Position numbers and translations under genes: made by a program. A stretch of DNA of 59,255 nucleotides from positions 1 to 59,255 of the forward strand of contig CAYNFQ010000004.1 of assembly GCA_964396715.1 (NCBI GenBank), read 5' to 3'. The notes under the pieces were generated by a model. The model had not been told where the DNA came from and did not search any database. It worked only from the letters and a program-made list of their open reading frames with translations. Positions 29,265-38,614 of the stretch are shown here, piece by piece (position 1 is the stretch's first letter; each line of letters begins with the position of its first letter). The stretch is from an uncultured Gammaproteobacteria bacterium. GTDB taxonomy: Bacteria; Patescibacteriota; Microgenomatia; Daviesbacterales; UBA10151.

Positions 29265-30599
29265 ATGAAATATGAACCAGTCATTGGTTTAGAAGTACAT
29301 GTGGAGTTAAATACAAAAAGTAAAATGTTTTGTAGGTGTTCTGCAGATTATTTTGGCAAAGAGCCAAATACTCACACTTGTCCGGTTTGTTTAGGTTTAC
29401 CTGGAGCCTTGCCTTACATTAATGAGCAAGCAATAGATGATTGTATAAAAATTGGTCTGGCTCTAAATTGTAAAATCTCAGAAAAATCCCTTTTTGAAAG
29501 AAAGAATTATTTTTATCCGGATCTTCCCAAGGGATATCAGATTTCCCAATATCGTTGGCCGCTTTGTGTAAATGGCTGGATTGAGGTAGAGGGATTAGGA
29601 GGGATTAGGAGGATTAGAGTAAATAGAGTGCATCAGGAAGAAGATACTGGAAAATTAACCCACAAGGGTAATGAAACATTAATAGACTTTAATAGATCAG
29701 GAGTACCACTGGTTGAAATTGTTACAGAACCAGATTTTAATGATTCTTCTCAAGTAAGAGATTATGCTAAAAAACTGCAGCAGCTTTGCAGGTACTTGGA
29801 AGTTTCCAATGCTGATATGGAGCGTGGAGATATGAGGCTGGAGGCGAATGTTTCAGTAAGGGGAAAGGGGAAAGGGGAAAGGGGAAAGTTACCAGATTAC
29901 AGAATTGAGTTAAAGAATATAAATAGTTTCCGCTTTATGGTAGCGGCAGTTGAGTATGAAATTAAACGCCAAATTGCCGCAAAAGAAGCAGGAGAAACAT
30001 TATTTCAAGAAACCAGAGGTTGGAATGAGGACAAAAAGTGTACATATCTTCAAAGGAGTAAAGAGGAGGCCCATGATTACCGCTATTTTCCCGAACCAGA
30101 CCTTCCGGAACTCAGAATTCAGAAGTCAGATGTCAGAGAAATTAAAGATCAGTTGCCAGAATTACCATGGGATAAGAGTGAAAGGTATGAGGAAGAGTTA
30201 GGAATTAAAAAAACAGATGCCCGGATATTGTCAGAGTCTTGGGAATTGACCCAATTTTTTGAAAGTGCTTTGGAACATGGTAAAAGACACGGAGTTAGTA
30301 CTCAGGATATAACAAATTACATAGTAAACAAAAAACCGGATATAAAAACTGTTTTACCAACGCAAATAATAGAAGAACTAAAAGGTAAAAAAGTTGGGGT
30401 AATTGGGGATTTGGGGGAGTTAGGAGACTTAGCCAAACAAGCAATCAGAGAAAATCCAAGAGCAGTAGAAGATTATAAAGCGGGCAAAGAGAATGCCCTA
30501 CAAGTTTTAGTTGGTGCAGTTATGAGACTATCATCTGCTAAAGCGGAAGCTTTAAAGGTGAAAGAAATTTTAGCAAAGCTTCTAAAAAATACCCCTTGA
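29265..30599 (+). CDS. gatB: Asp/Glu-tRNA amidotransferase subunit B
   Basis: IGLEVHVEL, RKNYFYPDLPKGYQISQ, DFNRSGVPLVEIVTEP, DYRYFPEPDL; start at MKYEPVIG. Confidence 0.97.
   Translation: MKYEPVIGLEVHVELNTKSKMFCRCSADYFGKEPNTHTCPVCLGLPGALPYINEQAIDDCIKIGLALNCKISEKSLFERKNYFYPDLPKGYQISQYRWPLCVNGWIEVEGLGGIRRIRVNRVHQEEDTGKLTHKGNETLIDFNRSGVPLVEIVTEPDFNDSSQVRDYAKKLQQLCRYLEVSNADMERGDMRLEANVSVRGKGKGERGKLPDYRIELKNINSFRFMVAAVEYEIKRQIAAKEAGETLFQETRGWNEDKKCTYLQRSKEEAHDYRYFPEPDLPELRIQKSDVREIKDQLPELPWDKSERYEEELGIKKTDARILSESWELTQFFESALEHGKRHGVSTQDITNYIVNKKPDIKTVLPTQIIEELKGKKVGVIGDLGELGDLAKQAIRENPRAVEDYKAGKENALQVLVGAVMRLSSAKAEALKVKEILAKLLKNTP
29860..29887. repeat. Perfect heptamer repeat (GGGGAAA)x4 in frame in gatB
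   Basis: Encodes RGKGKGERGK. Confidence 0.9.
30112..30139. repeat. Degenerate heptamer repeat in gatB
   Basis: TCAGAAT TCAGAAG TCAGATG TCAGAGA. Confidence 0.7.
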
Positions 30600-30683
30600 A
30601 ATAAGTAAAATTTAGCATTAAAGTTAATTTGTCGTATATATTCCGGTGACTTTTAACAGCCCGGTGTAATATGACAAAGAATT

Positions 30684-33600
30684 ATGGTACGCTTTGTCCA
30701 CCTTCACACTCACACGGAATACTCACTGCTAGACGGACTATCCAAAATTCCCCAGCTTGTCAAAAGGGTTAAAGAATCAGGTATGGATGCTGTTGCCATC
30801 ACAGACCATGGGGTGATGTATGGGGCAATCGAGTTTTACAAAGCTTGTATAGAGGCAGGGATCAAGCCAATTATCGGAGTGGAGATGTATGTTGCCAAGA
30901 GATCTCATAGAGATAAAGAAGGGAAAGCGGATGCCGAGCCCTACCACCTGACGGTTTTGGCAAAAAATTACCAGGGTTACTTAAATTTAATGAAGCTAAC
31001 CACAATTGCCCACTGCCAGGGTTATTATTACAAACCAAGAGTGGATAAAAAGTTACTGGAACAATACCACGAAGGTTTAATTGCCCTTTCAGGTTGTCCT
31101 GCCGGTGAGTTTATCCGCTCGCTTGATGACCAGGAACTGAAAAAGGCTGAAGAGGTGGCAAAAAGTTATCTGGAAATTTTTGGGGAAGGAAATTTTTATT
31201 TTGAACTGCAAAAACACCCCTACGGCGAGCAAAAAGAGCTGGCAGTTGATGAAGTTGTGAGGGTAGATTTGGAGAAACTGGAAAGAATACAAAAAAATAC
31301 CTGGAATGCGGTGAAAAACCTCTCGTTTAAACTTGGGATACCGCCAGTTGCCACAAATGATTCCCATTACATAGAAAAAGCAGATGCGGAAGCCCAAGAT
31401 GCACTGCTTTGTATACAGACAGGAAAGTTGCTTGAGGAAACAGATCGTCTGCGGATGATAGATACTCCGGATTATTACTTCAAATTACCCGCAGAGATGG
31501 AAGAGGATTTTGAGGAGTTGCCGCAGGCTTTGGAAAATACGGTCAAAATTGCGGATACGGTAGATATAGAAATACCTTTGGGAGTTGCCAGTTTTCCTGT
31601 TTTCCAAACCCCCGAGGGTAAAACTTCCATGGATGTATTGCGGGAGCTGACGTATGAGCAAGCAAAAGAAAAACTGGAGTTGAGAGATCAGGTTAAAGAA
31701 AGAATAGAATACGAGTTAGGGGTTATAGAAAGAAAAAAATATGCGGATTATTTTTTGGTGGTGGCGGATTTTATGGAATGGGCTCACGCGCGGGGGATTA
31801 TCACCAACACCAGAGGTTCGGCTGCAGGGAGCATGGTTTTGTATTGCTTAGGGGTCACAAACCTAAACCCGTTGGATTATCTGCTGCCATTTGAACGCTT
31901 TTTAACAATTCAGCGGCCAACCCTGCCGGATATAGATGCGGATATAGCGGATGATAGAAGGGATGAGGTTATTGAATATGTGATGAAAAAATATGGGTCG
32001 GATCGGGTTGCCCACATTGTGACTTTTGGAACGATGATGGGACGTGCTGCTATCAGGGATGTGGGCAGAGTATTAGGGTTAGCATATGGCGAGGTAGACA
32101 GGATTGCCAAACTTATTCCACCGCCCCACCAGGGGTTTCATAAACCATTATCAGATGTCATCAAAGAAGTTTACGAGCTGGCCCAATTTTACAGAAGTAC
32201 CCCCCAAATCAAAAAACTTTTGGATTTGGCAATCAGGATTGAAGGTACTGTCAGGCATGCCTCAATTCATGCGGCAGGGATTGTCATTGCGCCGGATGAA
32301 ATTACCAACTTCACTCCTTTGCAGCGGGAAGCAAACGGAGAAAAACTGGTTTCCCAGTATGATATGTTTGCGGTGGAGGATGCGGGTCTGGTAAAAATGG
32401 ATCTTTTAGGGATCAGGAATTTGTCAATTTTGGGAAGGGCCGTAGAGTTTGTCAAAGTTAATCAAAATATAGATGTGGATTTAAATAAAATTCCCCTTTC
32501 GGACAAAAAAGCATTTGCGCTTTTGGCAAAAGGGGATACCATGGGTATTTTTCAGTTCTCCTCGTCAGGTATGACCAGATACCTGGTGGATTTAAAACCA
32601 TCAAGTATTGCAGATCTGGCTGCCATGGTGGCACTATACAGGCCGGGTCCTTTGGGGGTTATTCCGGAGTATATTCAAAGAAAACATAATCCCAAGCTGA
32701 TTAAATATTTGGATCCCCGGATGAAAGAATATATGGAGCAGTCTTTGGGACTGTTGGTTTACCAGGAAGATGTTTTATATACAGCTATCAACTTAGCCGG
32801 TTACTCCTGGGAAGAGGCAGATAAGTTCAGGAAAGCCATGGGTAAGAAAAAACCGGCTGAGATGGCCAAGCAAAAAGGACATTTTGTCGAAGGTTGTATC
32901 CAAAATAGCATCAGACGGGAAAAGGCCGAACAGCTCTTTTCTTTAATCGCTCCGTTTGCAGCTTATGGGTTTAATAAGGCTCATGCTGCATCTTATGCCA
33001 TGGTTGCTTACCAGACCGCCTATATGAAAGCAAATTTCCCGGTTGAATTTATGGCGGCACTACTCACTGCCGAGTCTGAAGATACGGAAAAGATCGCTCT
33101 GGCAATTGAGGAGTGTAAAAGGTTGGGAATTGTGGTTTTACCGCCTGATATAAATAAGTCCGGCATTGGTTTTACCTTGGAAAATCTGTCGGATCTTTCT
33201 GAGGGTGATTTAATGAGAAGTTTAACTACTTCGCTTAATAAAACAGATTCTTCCCAGGGGATCCGTTTTGGGCTCTCTGCAATTAAAAATGTGGGGGAGC
33301 TGGCAATTGCATCCATCATTGAGCAAAGAGAAAAAGGCGAGTTTGTTTCTTTGTATGATTTATGCTGCCGTGTTGATACCAGACTGGTTAATAGGAAAAC
33401 ATTGGAAAGTTTGATAAAGGCCGGGTCCTTAGATCTGTTGGGTAACCGTGCTTCCCAGCTGCTGATTTTGGACCAGTGTCTTGAGAAGAGCCATAAGATA
33501 AGTAAAGAAAGGCTGTCAGGGCAGGTGTCTTTATTTGGTGAGGATGACCCCTCCGCCAATATTAAATTACCTGAGGTTTTAGAGCTGCCCCTGGAGCAAC

Positions 33601-34235
33601 TATTGATATTTGAGAAAGATTTATTGGGTTTTTACTTACATGAGCCGCCGTATTTGGTTAAATTGACGCAAATTACCAGGTATGTAACAACTAAAATTGC
33701 CGATTTGGGAGATGAGCATATTGGCCAAACATTAGTTTTGGGCGGGGTTATTACCGAAATCAAAAAAGTTTTTACCAAAAAGAGCAACGCAGAGATGGCT
33801 TTTATTAAGATTTCCGAAGGCATAGCCGAAATTGAGGCTGTAGTTTTTCCTAAAACATTTGAGCAGTCAAAAGGCTTTTTGCTTAAAGATCAGGTTGTTT
33901 TAACTTTGGGCAGGATAGACAAAAGAGAAGAGACAATCTCTCAGGTGATAGAAAAAATTACTCTGTTTGAGGAAGGTAGCATGGAAAATATTTTTGCAGT
34001 GGAAAATCGCAGATCAGTGGAGATTTATGTGCCCAAAGGGGCGGATATTGCGCTTTTGCAAAATATCAACAGGACGTTACGGGAGTTTCCAGGAAGGGTG
34101 GCAGTTTCCCTGATGCTCCCTAATGGAGGTAATGAGCTAAAGAGGATGAATTTGCCTTTTACCATTGATCCCACCTCAAATTTGGAAGAAAGGTTAAAAC
34201 AGATTTTGGGGGCGAGCGCTTTCAAAAGATTGTAG
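30684..34235 (+). CDS. dnaE: DNA polymerase III alpha subunit
   Basis: FVHLHTHTEYSLLDG (PHP), RGSAAGS, PDIDAD, HAAG, YGFNKAH, IRFGLSAIKNVG, OB fold. Confidence 0.98.
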   Translation: MVRFVHLHTHTEYSLLDGLSKIPQLVKRVKESGMDAVAITDHGVMYGAIEFYKACIEAGIKPIIGVEMYVAKRSHRDKEGKADAEPYHLTVLAKNYQGYLNLMKLTTIAHCQGYYYKPRVDKKLLEQYHEGLIALSGCPAGEFIRSLDDQELKKAEEVAKSYLEIFGEGNFYFELQKHPYGEQKELAVDEVVRVDLEKLERIQKNTWNAVKNLSFKLGIPPVATNDSHYIEKADAEAQDALLCIQTGKLLEETDRLRMIDTPDYYFKLPAEMEEDFEELPQALENTVKIADTVDIEIPLGVASFPVFQTPEGKTSMDVLRELTYEQAKEKLELRDQVKERIEYELGVIERKKYADYFLVVADFMEWAHARGIITNTRGSAAGSMVLYCLGVTNLNPLDYLLPFERFLTIQRPTLPDIDADIADDRRDEVIEYVMKKYGSDRVAHIVTFGTMMGRAAIRDVGRVLGLAYGEVDRIAKLIPPPHQGFHKPLSDVIKEVYELAQFYRSTPQIKKLLDLAIRIEGTVRHASIHAAGIVIAPDEITNFTPLQREANGEKLVSQYDMFAVEDAGLVKMDLLGIRNLSILGRAVEFVKVNQNIDVDLNKIPLSDKKAFALLAKGDTMGIFQFSSSGMTRYLVDLKPSSIADLAAMVALYRPGPLGVIPEYIQRKHNPKLIKYLDPRMKEYMEQSLGLLVYQEDVLYTAINLAGYSWEEADKFRKAMGKKKPAEMAKQKGHFVEGCIQNSIRREKAEQLFSLIAPFAAYGFNKAHAASYAMVAYQTAYMKANFPVEFMAALLTAESEDTEKIALAIEECKRLGIVVLPPDINKSGIGFTLENLSDLSEGDLMRSLTTSLNKTDSSQGIRFGLSAIKNVGELAIASIIEQREKGEFVSLYDLCCRVDTRLVNRKTLESLIKAGSLDLLGNRASQLLILDQCLEKSHKISKERLSGQVSLFGEDDPSANIKLPEVLELPLEQLLIFEKDLLGFYLHEPPYLVKLTQITRYVTTKIADLGDEHIGQTLVLGGVITEIKKVFTKKSNAEMAFIKISEGIAEIEAVVFPKTFEQSKGFLLKDQVVLTLGRIDKREETISQVIEKITLFEEGSMENIFAVENRRSVEIYVPKGADIALLQNINRTLREFPGRVAVSLMLPNGGNELKRMNLPFTIDPTSNLEERLKQILGASAFKRL

Positions 34236-34265
34236 GTTTACTGACTTTATGTTATTATTCTGAAC

Positions 34266-34580
34266 ATGATTTCGGATAAATTTCATGAAACCCCTTTACA
34301 TATTGGAGATATCTTAAAGGTTCACTCTCAAGTTGTGGAGGGGGCAAAAAGCCGTATTCAAATATATGAGGGAATTTTAATAAGGATTCGCGGTAGGGAG
34401 GAGAATAAAACCTTCACGGTCCGTAAAGTTGGGGCAGGAGGGATTGGGGTGGAAAGAACCTGGCCTTTGGATTCCAAAAGTATTGTGAAAATTGAGATTA
34501 AGAAAAAGGCCGGAAAAGTTAGAAGATCAAAGCTTTATTATTTGAGAGATTTAACAGGTAGAAATGCTGTAAGGGTTTAG
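34266..34580 (+). CDS. rplS: 50S ribosomal protein L19
   Basis: RIQIYEG, TFTVRK...GVERTWP, VRRSKLYYLR. Confidence 0.96.
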   Translation: MISDKFHETPLHIGDILKVHSQVVEGAKSRIQIYEGILIRIRGREENKTFTVRKVGAGGIGVERTWPLDSKSIVKIEIKKKAGKVRRSKLYYLRDLTGRNAVRV

Positions 34581-34584
34581 TAGT

Positions 34585-34656
34585 AGTCAGCTTTCAGTCT
34601 TCAGCTATCAGACTTATTTGTTTTGTCTGACGACTGAAGTCTGATGACTGATAACT
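34585..34656. repeat. Intergenic inverted array of degenerate heptamers (TCAG.../...CTGA)
   Basis: GTCAGCTTTCAGTCTTCAGCTATCAGAC, spacer, GTCTGACGACTGAAGTCTGATGACTGATAAC; the arms are complementary in register. Confidence 0.75.
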
Positions 34657-34662
34657 ATTTTG

Positions 34663-35277
34663 ATGATTATTCCCACCTTAGATTTAGAACGAAAGTTATG
34701 GAATCAGGGTTACTCCTTTGTTTGTGGCATGGATGAAGTTGGCAGAGGTTCGTTTGCCGGGCCGGTTTGTGTGGGGGCTGTGATTTTCCCAAAAGATTGT
34801 GTAGCTATTGAGGGAATCGCTGATTCAAAACTTTTAAAACCTAAACAGAGAGAGAAGTTAGAATCAAGAATTAAGAATCAAGCTATATGCTGGGGTGTTT
34901 CCGAAGTTAGTGTATCTATAATTAACAAAGTAGGAATAGGGAAAGCGACACAAATGGCATTTAGAAAGGCACTTCGACTGCTCTCAGTGCAAGCAGATTA
35001 TGTATTAGTAGACGCCTTTTATATAAAACAGCTAAACAGGAAGAGGCAAAAAGCAGTTAAAGATGGGGATACAATTTGCGCATCCATTTCTGCAGCATCT
35101 ATAATTGCCAAAGTACACAGGGATAAGCTGATGAAAAAGTTGTCCAAAAAATATCCTCAATATGGCTTTGGCAAACATAAGGGCTATGGAACAAAAAGAC
35201 ATCAAGAGGCTATTAAAAAATATGGTCTTTCTAGAATTCACAGAAAATCTTTTAATTTGGAAAAGTTTCTAACTTAA
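34663..35277 (+). CDS. rnhB: Ribonuclease HII
   Basis: GMDEVGRG, DSK, VDA, GDTICASISAASIIAKV.RD, KHKGYGT, HRKSF. Confidence 0.96.
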   Translation: MIIPTLDLERKLWNQGYSFVCGMDEVGRGSFAGPVCVGAVIFPKDCVAIEGIADSKLLKPKQREKLESRIKNQAICWGVSEVSVSIINKVGIGKATQMAFRKALRLLSVQADYVLVDAFYIKQLNRKRQKAVKDGDTICASISAASIIAKVHRDKLMKKLSKKYPQYGFGKHKGYGTKRHQEAIKKYGLSRIHRKSFNLEKFLT

Positions 35278-35281
35278 TACA

Positions 35282-35641
35282 ATGAATACAACATTAACAG
35301 GTGGTCAAGGAGAAGATTTAGCTTGTGAGTATTTAAAAAAAATTGGATATAAAATAGTAGCAAGAAATTACCGAATAAGAGGTGGGGAGATTGATATTGT
35401 GGCAAGGGAAGGGGATTATTTGGTTTTTGTGGAAGTGAAGGCCAGATATTCTCGAGAATTCGGACCACCTGCAGAATCAATTACTTTTTGGAAAATTAAG
35501 TTCTTAAAAAAGACTGCGCTCTTTTATGTTCAAAAAATTAACTGGGGAGATAAACCTTATCGGATTGATGTAGTGACGCTGGATTTTGCAGATGATAAAA
35601 CTAATCCTAAGGTTGAGTTGATAAAGAATATTACTTCTTAG
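35282..35641 (+). CDS. yraN: YraN family PD-(D/E)XK protein
   Basis: GEDLA..YL..GYKIVARNYR...GEIDIVA....LVFVEVK.R, RIDV. Confidence 0.92.
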   Translation: MNTTLTGGQGEDLACEYLKKIGYKIVARNYRIRGGEIDIVAREGDYLVFVEVKARYSREFGPPAESITFWKIKFLKKTALFYVQKINWGDKPYRIDVVTLDFADDKTNPKVELIKNITS

Positions 35642-36512
35642 GTTTCGGCTTGGAACCTACTGCAAAGGGGATTTCTTCCCAGTCATGAACTTTTCTGATT
35701 TTTTTATTATATTCCCAGATAGTTTCCAGCAAACTATTATCCACTCCCAATTTTTTAAACTCTCCCATAATAGCAACTAAATCTTTAGGGAAACACTTTC
35801 CTCCAAAACCCCTGTTAGTGGTTATTTCTAAATGGTAATCCCCTATTCTATGATCAGAAGCTGCCATCTTTTTCACTTCCTCATATTTGATCCCTAATTG
35901 TTGGCAATAATCATAGAAAAAGTTGGCAAAAGTGACCTTCATAGATAAAAAGGCATTAGCAAAATATTTCACAGTTTCTGCTGTAGTGGGGTCTGTTAGA
36001 AAGATTTGAGTTTTAGGAAATCTTTGTTTGAATATCACAGCAACTCTTCTTAAAATTAAATCATTATTAGCTCCTATGACAGTTCTTTCAGCGTTAATAA
36101 AATCATCTAAAAAATTGGCCTCTGTTAAAAATTCCGGATTAAAACAGAAATGGGTTTTAGGGAACTTTTTTTCAAATTTAACAGTGGTTCCGGGAGTAAC
36201 AGTGGATTTAATTACCACCACCTTATCGGTATTGTCGCTATATTTGGCAATTTGCGGGATCATTTCTTCAAAAATAGACAGCTCAATACCTGTTTCATCT
36301 TGTTTCATAGGAGTGGGCAGACAAACAAAGATGAATTCACTGCTCTTCACAGTATCTTCCAAAGAGTTCCCATCCTTATATTTGTCATACCAAAGAATGG
36401 TATCCTTCCCAAAGGATGTTTCCCTAAAGCCGTTGGCAACAGCCTGGCCCACAAAACCATATCCAATAATGCCTAGTTGAATGGGAACCAATAAATCTTC
36501 TGATGCTTGCAT
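35631..36512 (-). CDS. UDP-glucose/GDP-mannose dehydrogenase family protein (short, no C-terminal domain)
   Basis: GYGFVG, VCLPTP, KSTVTPGTT, NPEFL.E, KYFANAF and GFGGKCFPKD (catalytic Cys); only 293 aa. Confidence 0.85.
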   Translation of the reverse strand: MQASEDLLVPIQLGIIGYGFVGQAVANGFRETSFGKDTILWYDKYKDGNSLEDTVKSSEFIFVCLPTPMKQDETGIELSIFEEMIPQIAKYSDNTDKVVVIKSTVTPGTTVKFEKKFPKTHFCFNPEFLTEANFLDDFINAERTVIGANNDLILRRVAVIFKQRFPKTQIFLTDPTTAETVKYFANAFLSMKVTFANFFYDYCQQLGIKYEEVKKMAASDHRIGDYHLEITTNRGFGGKCFPKDLVAIMGEFKKLGVDNSLLETIWEYNKKIRKVHDWEEIPFAVGSKPKPKK

Positions 36513-36542
36513 GATAGAAAGTATATCATATACTAATTAGTA

Positions 36543-36944
36543 ATGAGGATCATTAAGAAAGTGGCTTTGGCTTACTTTAAAGACAAAAAAATGCTGCAGG
36601 TGAGGACTAACAAACAGGATCAGGTGTTTTATACCTTGGGAGGGAAAATCGAGAAAGGGGAATCAGACATTGATTGTATTAAAAGAGAAATAAAAGAAGA
36701 GTTAGGTTGCGAGGTGGATGAGAAATCTTTAAAGTATCTGGCCACGTTTGAGGATGTTGCTCATGGTGATCAGGGTCTGTTGCACCTGAGGATGTATGAG
36801 GGGAAACTGGTGGGTGAGCCAAAGCCTGCATCAGAGGTGGTGGAAATTGGCTATTTTGATACCAACTCTGCCCCTGAAAATTTATCTGTCATTGCCAAAA
36901 GAACAATTTTCCCCTGGTTAAAGATGCATGGGTATATTAATTAG
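36543..36944 (+). CDS. NUDIX hydrolase
   Basis: Nudix box GGKIEKGESDIDCIKREIKEELG. Confidence 0.92.
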   Translation: MRIIKKVALAYFKDKKMLQVRTNKQDQVFYTLGGKIEKGESDIDCIKREIKEELGCEVDEKSLKYLATFEDVAHGDQGLLHLRMYEGKLVGEPKPASEVVEIGYFDTNSAPENLSVIAKRTIFPWLKMHGYIN

Positions 36945-37032
36945 TACTACGATACAGACAAATCCGAACCGCATTTCAATCGACGCATGCATCGTCGGCG
37001 CCAAGCTCACGTTCGTTCCCTGCCTAAAACCG
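36944..37032 (+). repeat. 89-bp dispersed repeat, copy 1
   Basis: About 90% identical to the reverse complement of 42793-42881; 36-bp identical core TTTCAATCGACGCATGCATCGTCGGCGCCAAGCTCA. Confidence 0.9.
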
Positions 37033-37068
37033 AAGTTTATACCCTTTTCTGTTTCCATGCCGCTCGGT

Positions 37069-37088
37069 CCCGATTCGAATCGGGACAC
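37069..37088. repeat. Perfect 20-bp palindrome (REP-like)
   Basis: GTCCCGATTCGAATCGGGAC; a second CCCGA-TGGC-TCGGG hairpin follows. Confidence 0.75.
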
Positions 37089-37331
37089 TCGCGAAGACTC
37101 CCGATGGCTCGGGCCGATGGTACAAAACATTTAAGGTAATCTATCGGTCCTCGCGATTATCGGGCAACACCCATTTTAGTTTTCACTACATTCCAAAATT
37201 TCCTTTTAATGGTGCTGCCCTCTTTTTTTGAGACTATATATCCGAGACTGCGGGGGCGGCGGAAGCCGCTTCCAACTTGGCCAATTTCGCCCATTTTGGC
37301 CATCCTCCTTCCGAAATGCTACAATGGAAGA

Positions 37332-37973
37332 ATGCCGGACGAACCAACTCCACAACCATCAGATCAACCTACCGAACCGCCGGAAGAAAAACCCGAGGAG
37401 AAAAAAGAAGAACCGACTCCGGAACAAAAGCCAACAGAGGAAAGTCCTAAATCGGAAGAACAACCTCTGTCAGAGCAACCAAAAGAAAAAGAGGCTCCGG
37501 AAACTCCATCACCTCAACCGGAATCCCTACCACAAGAACCATCAAAAACTGAAGAATCAAAACCAACTGAAGAGAAAAAGCCGGAAGAAGCTAAAACTCC
37601 GGAGGACAAACCTATTGCAGAACCTCCCAAATCACCCCAACAATCCGAATCCCCCAAATCCCCCGAACCAGAACTAAAAAAAGAGCCGCCTGCTATTACT
37701 CAAGAAGATGTAAATAAACAAATTGCTGAAAAATTAAAAGAGGAACAGGATGAAAGAAGAAAATTAGCCAACGAAGCAAGAGCTAAAAAGAAAGAAGATA
37801 ATTTAAACAGGCTTTTGGATTTTGCCAAAGAAAAGAAAATAATTACCAATGATGATGCCAGAGATTTTTTGCATGTTTCCCAATCAACAGCAACAAATTA
37901 TTTAAGTAAGTTGGTTAAATCTGGAAAGTTAAAACGAGAAGGACAGCGTGGTGGCACTAAATATTCTACTTAA
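37332..37973 (+). CDS. Pro/Glu/Lys-rich disordered protein with C-terminal winged HTH
   Basis: About 120 aa of PEK-rich low complexity, a coiled segment, then ITNDDARDFLHVSQSTATNYLSKLVKSGKL; likely start MPDEP. Confidence 0.75.
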   Translation: MPDEPTPQPSDQPTEPPEEKPEEKKEEPTPEQKPTEESPKSEEQPLSEQPKEKEAPETPSPQPESLPQEPSKTEESKPTEEKKPEEAKTPEDKPIAEPPKSPQQSESPKSPEPELKKEPPAITQEDVNKQIAEKLKEEQDERRKLANEARAKKKEDNLNRLLDFAKEKKIITNDDARDFLHVSQSTATNYLSKLVKSGKLKREGQRGGTKYST

Positions 37974-37984
37974 CTTAAATATAT

Positions 37985-38010
37985 TAGCGTTGTACAAGAG
38001 TACAATGCTA
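37985..38010. promoter_or_regulatory. Putative operator of the TrpR-like gene
   Basis: TAGCGTTGTAC-AAGA-GTACAATGCTA inverted repeat (10/11), 10 bp upstream of the ATG. Confidence 0.55.
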
Positions 38011-38020
38011 CAATGACACT

Positions 38021-38311
38021 ATGGTAAAACCTAACTTAGAAAAAGATAAAAAGCTATTAGTTGATACCTTAAAGAAATTAAGGTCCTCAAAAGATTTATC
38101 TAACTTTATAGATGATTTATTAACTGAAGAAGAAATTTTGGATTTAGCCCAACGAATTAAAATTGCCAAGTTAATTTTAGAAGAAAATACTTATGATGAG
38201 ATAGCAGAAAAAGTTGGAACTTCTACCTCTACCGTTTCTAAAATTGGGCAGATTATTAAATATGGCAATAATGGCCTGGAAAAGGTTTTGGGTAAAACTC
38301 TTAGAAAATAA
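38021..38311 (+). CDS. TrpR-like protein (YerC/YecD family)
   Basis: FIDDLLTEEEILDLAQRIKIAKLI...TYDEIAEKVGTSTSTVSKI...YGNNG. Confidence 0.88.
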   Translation: MVKPNLEKDKKLLVDTLKKLRSSKDLSNFIDDLLTEEEILDLAQRIKIAKLILEENTYDEIAEKVGTSTSTVSKIGQIIKYGNNGLEKVLGKTLRK

Positions 38312-38614
38312 CTGCTTGATGAGTAGGCTGAGATACATCGGTAACACTTTTCTTTTTGAACGACCCTTGCTTTTTGATTTTATCACGTCTATCTTATTCA
38401 TATAGCCCAATTAGAACTTCTGACCCTTTTCACTAGCTCCTGAAGCTATTTTGGTCATTTCTTGCTCAGTTGCACTGCCAACAAAGTTTAATCGTGCGAT
38501 AAATTTATCAATAAATTCTTCTTTTGCCATAGATTTAGAAGTGTTACCGATGTGCCCTGCTCGTTCATTGAATTGATTGTTTCCTAATTTAATGTTATTA
38601 TAGGCCGCAAAGAT

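Noticed and set aside
33180-33260. Extra segment in DnaE (LENLSDLSEGD...SSQG) as an intein or repeat insertion
   Set aside because: Too short, with no intein C/S...HN termini and no palindrome or tandem structure; probably a variable loop.
37097-37109. attL/attR duplication of the tRNA-Glu 3' end (GACTCCCGATGGC)
   Set aside because: Only a 12/13 match, in the wrong orientation for an integration scar, and no integrase is present.
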